Source: Gemmatimonadaceae bacterium (GTDB lineage Bacteria; Gemmatimonadota; Gemmatimonadetes; Gemmatimonadales; Gemmatimonadaceae). Taken from it: a stretch of 47,486 nt of DNA. The position numbers and the translations under genes were made by a program. The stretch is taken from the NCBI GenBank assembly GCA_035553335.1, contig DATNCZ010000305.1, positions 1 to 47,486 on the forward strand. The letters are read 5' to 3'. Below the pieces are notes generated by a model that saw only the letters and a program-made list of their open reading frames with translations, was not told where the DNA came from and did no database searches. This document shows, piece after piece, positions 45,880 through 47,486 of the stretch (its first letter is position 1; each line of letters starts with the position of its first letter).

Positions 45880-46398
45880 ATGCCACGCGATTTTGAAGAT
45901 ATTTTTGACACCGAAGACATGGACCCGGACGAGCTCAGGCGCCTCGTGCGCGAGACGCTCCGGGAGAATAGATCGATCGATCCCCTGGACATCACTGTCC
46001 ATGTCCGACACGGAAAGGTCATACTCGTCGGCCGCGTCGGGACCGATACGGAGAAGCGGATCGCCGAACGTGTGGTCGGCGACCGGATAGGACTGACCAA
46101 CGTTGAAAGCCAGCTAGTTGTGGACCCGATCCGCCGCGCCACGAGTCCGGAGGCGGCCGACGAGAACGTCAATGATGAGGAGGCGCACGAAGGGCTTCTG
46201 CTCGGCGACGCACCTCGCTCCCATTCCGACAGCAGCGACCACCTGGAGGAGCACGCCGAGGACGAGCTGCTCGGAACCGTAGACAGGACGGAAGCGATAG
46301 AGGATGGCATCCCCTGGATACCGCCGGAGAGCCCGACTCCGGAAGGCACGGACGAAGCAGGCATCCCCCCGCGCGACGCGAATCTGGATTCGTTTTAA
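45880..46398 (+). CDS. BON-domain protein with an acidic disordered tail
   Basis: DITVHVRHGKVILVGRVGTDTEKRIAERVVGDRIGLTNVESQLVV fits the BON domain pattern. AGGAGG precedes the start. Confidence 0.7.
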   Translation: MPRDFEDIFDTEDMDPDELRRLVRETLRENRSIDPLDITVHVRHGKVILVGRVGTDTEKRIAERVVGDRIGLTNVESQLVVDPIRRATSPEAADENVNDEEAHEGLLLGDAPRSHSDSSDHLEEHAEDELLGTVDRTEAIEDGIPWIPPESPTPEGTDEAGIPPRDANLDSF

Positions 46399-46427
46399 TC
46401 GCGCACAGGGTGCAGATTTGATGGCGT

Positions 46428-46850
46428 ATGCCTACCTGCACCCTGACACGCCGCGTGAAATTTGCCGCGGCACATCGGTACCGGCGCCCCGAATGGGACG
46501 ACGCGCGCAATGAAGCGACTTTCGGTGCCTGCGCCTGGCCCAGCTATCACGGCCACAGCTACACCTGCGACGTCACAGTCGCCGGCGAAATCGACCCCCT
46601 TACCGGATTTATCGTGGATCTCGGAAAGCTTGATGCGATTCTCAGGCGCGAGATTGTCCAGAGGTTCGACCATCGCAACATCAACGTGGATGTCCCCGAG
46701 TTTGCCGACGGACGACTCATTCCATCCGGAGAGAACCTCGCACGCTTCATTCTGGATCGCGTACAGTATTCGCTGAATACCGATGCACGCGTCGTTTCGG
46801 TCACCATTGCAGAGGACGACACCTTGTCGGCGACATATGCAGCGGATTGA
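46428..46850 (+). CDS. queD: 6-carboxy-5,6,7,8-tetrahydropterin synthase (6-pyruvoyl-tetrahydropterin synthase family)
   Basis: 140 aa. FAAAHRY, HGHSY and NLARFI are motifs of the PTPS/QueD family. Confidence 0.85.
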   Translation: MPTCTLTRRVKFAAAHRYRRPEWDDARNEATFGACAWPSYHGHSYTCDVTVAGEIDPLTGFIVDLGKLDAILRREIVQRFDHRNINVDVPEFADGRLIPSGENLARFILDRVQYSLNTDARVVSVTIAEDDTLSATYAAD

Positions 46851-47486
46851 CGGCGCGCTGATCGCGGAGCTGCCGCGTGCACGCATGCGCGCGATCGCAG
46901 CGTGGCTGGCGCCCGTTTCACTCGCCGCCGTAGCTGCGTGCGCACCGGCCCCCCGCACCGGCGCGACACCTGCAACGGCACACGGACGAGCTGCTCTCGG
47001 AGCGCGGATCGACACGTGGATCGGGAATCCGATCTTCCGAACTGCCGAATGGGCAATCCTCGTCGTGAATCCGCAGAGTGGCGACACCATCTACGCGCAC
47101 GATCCCGCGCTGCTGATGGTCCCTGCATCCAACATGAAGATCATCACGTCGTCCGTCGCTCTCACTCAGCTCGGTCCGGACTTTCGCTTTTCCACGACGT
47201 TTGCAAGACACGGCTCACTCGCCAACGGCGTCCTGAATGGTGATCTGGTAGTGACCGGCCGCGGCGATCCTACCCTGAGCAATCACATGCGCGGCAGCGC
47301 GAGCGCGGCCATGGACACGCTCGCCGATTCGATCGTAGCGCATGGCATTCGCGAGATCACGGGACACATCTATTCGGGCGCCGACAACTTCCCTGGTCCT
47401 GCAGTCGGCGCAGGCTGGGACTGGGACGATCTCGATTCATCGGACGGAGCCGGCGTCGACGAGCTGCTCTTCAACGAAGGAATGTC
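46837..47486 (+). CDS. dacB: D-alanyl-D-alanine carboxypeptidase/endopeptidase (PBP4, peptidase S13), N-terminal part; the gene runs off the right edge of the window
   Basis: Hand translation from the ATG at 46837 gives a signal/lipoprotein-like AAVAAC, then WAILVVNPQSGDTIYAHDPALLMVPASNMKIITS (SxxK = SNMK) and GDLVVTGRGDPTL, typical of PBP4. It overlaps the end of queD by 14 nt. It is absent from the ORF track because it has no stop inside the window. Confidence 0.8.
   Translation, partial: MQRIDGALIAELPRARMRAIAAWLAPVSLAAVAACAPAPRTGATPATAHGRAALGARIDTWIGNPIFRTAEWAILVVNPQSGDTIYAHDPALLMVPASNMKIITSSVALTQLGPDFRFSTTFARHGSLANGVLNGDLVVTGRGDPTLSNHMRGSASAAMDTLADSIVAHGIREITGHIYSGADNFPGPAVGAGWDWDDLDSSDGAGVDELLFNEGM

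Noticed and set aside
45426-46364. A 312-aa minus-strand ORF rich in Ser, Arg and Pro.
   Set aside because: It is antisense to the outer-membrane-barrel and BON-domain genes, both of which have signal peptide or Shine-Dalgarno support. The ORF has no motifs and a low-complexity composition.
46399-46427. Possible preQ1 riboswitch upstream of queD.
   Set aside because: Only 29 nt separate the BON-gene stop from the queD start. The sequence lacks the preQ1-I hairpin and A-rich tail pattern.

Overview
This is a visibly GC-rich, gene-dense chromosomal window with about 47 supportable protein-coding genes. Many are translationally coupled through ATGA, GTGA or TGATG stop/start overlaps. Most of the content is housekeeping:
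- Hexosamine, purine and glycolysis genes: glmS, a GlmM-like phosphohexomutase, purD, guaB, gpmI.
- DNA repair and small-molecule genes: mutM, dtd, maf, queD, nrnA.
- A ubiE-ubiD-ubiA-ubiX quinone cluster, and a trans-sulfuration enzyme.
- Envelope and secreted proteins: a TonB-receptor-like N-terminus, a 1116-aa BNR/Asp-box protein, a PEP-CTERM protein, L,D-transpeptidases and PBP4.

The protein repertoire (PEP-CTERM, giant BNR/sortilin-like protein, CarboxypepD_reg-type TonB receptor) suggests a soil bacterium of the Gemmatimonadota or Acidobacteriota type. That assignment is inference only.

I found no rRNA, tRNA, CRISPR array, transposase, integrase, phage gene or recognisable defence system, and I cannot point to a clear novel multi-gene system.

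The features most worth a second look are:
1. An ACR3 arsenite-efflux cluster that lacks arsR and arsC. It is preceded by a small Cys-triad protein and a palindrome, and followed by a metallophosphoesterase and an ABC exporter.
2. A divergent intergenic region (33.85-34.16 kb) holding four REP-like GNRA-hairpin palindromic units, plus a phased array of five CGATATATC boxes upstream of a PadR regulator. One 12-mer from that array recurs immediately upstream of ACR3.
3. A lipoprotein made of two tandem cupredoxin-like domains, each with a His/Cys/His/Met ligand set.
4. An operon pairing an intact L,D-transpeptidase with a paralog that has lost the catalytic His and Cys.
5. MscL with a C-terminal zinc ribbon.
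6. A half-size UvrC-like GIY-YIG nuclease coupled to mutM.

Many long ORFs in the six-frame track are antisense shadows typical of high-GC DNA and were rejected. Several track starts are GTG or TTG, so I moved some starts to ATG codons with better context.
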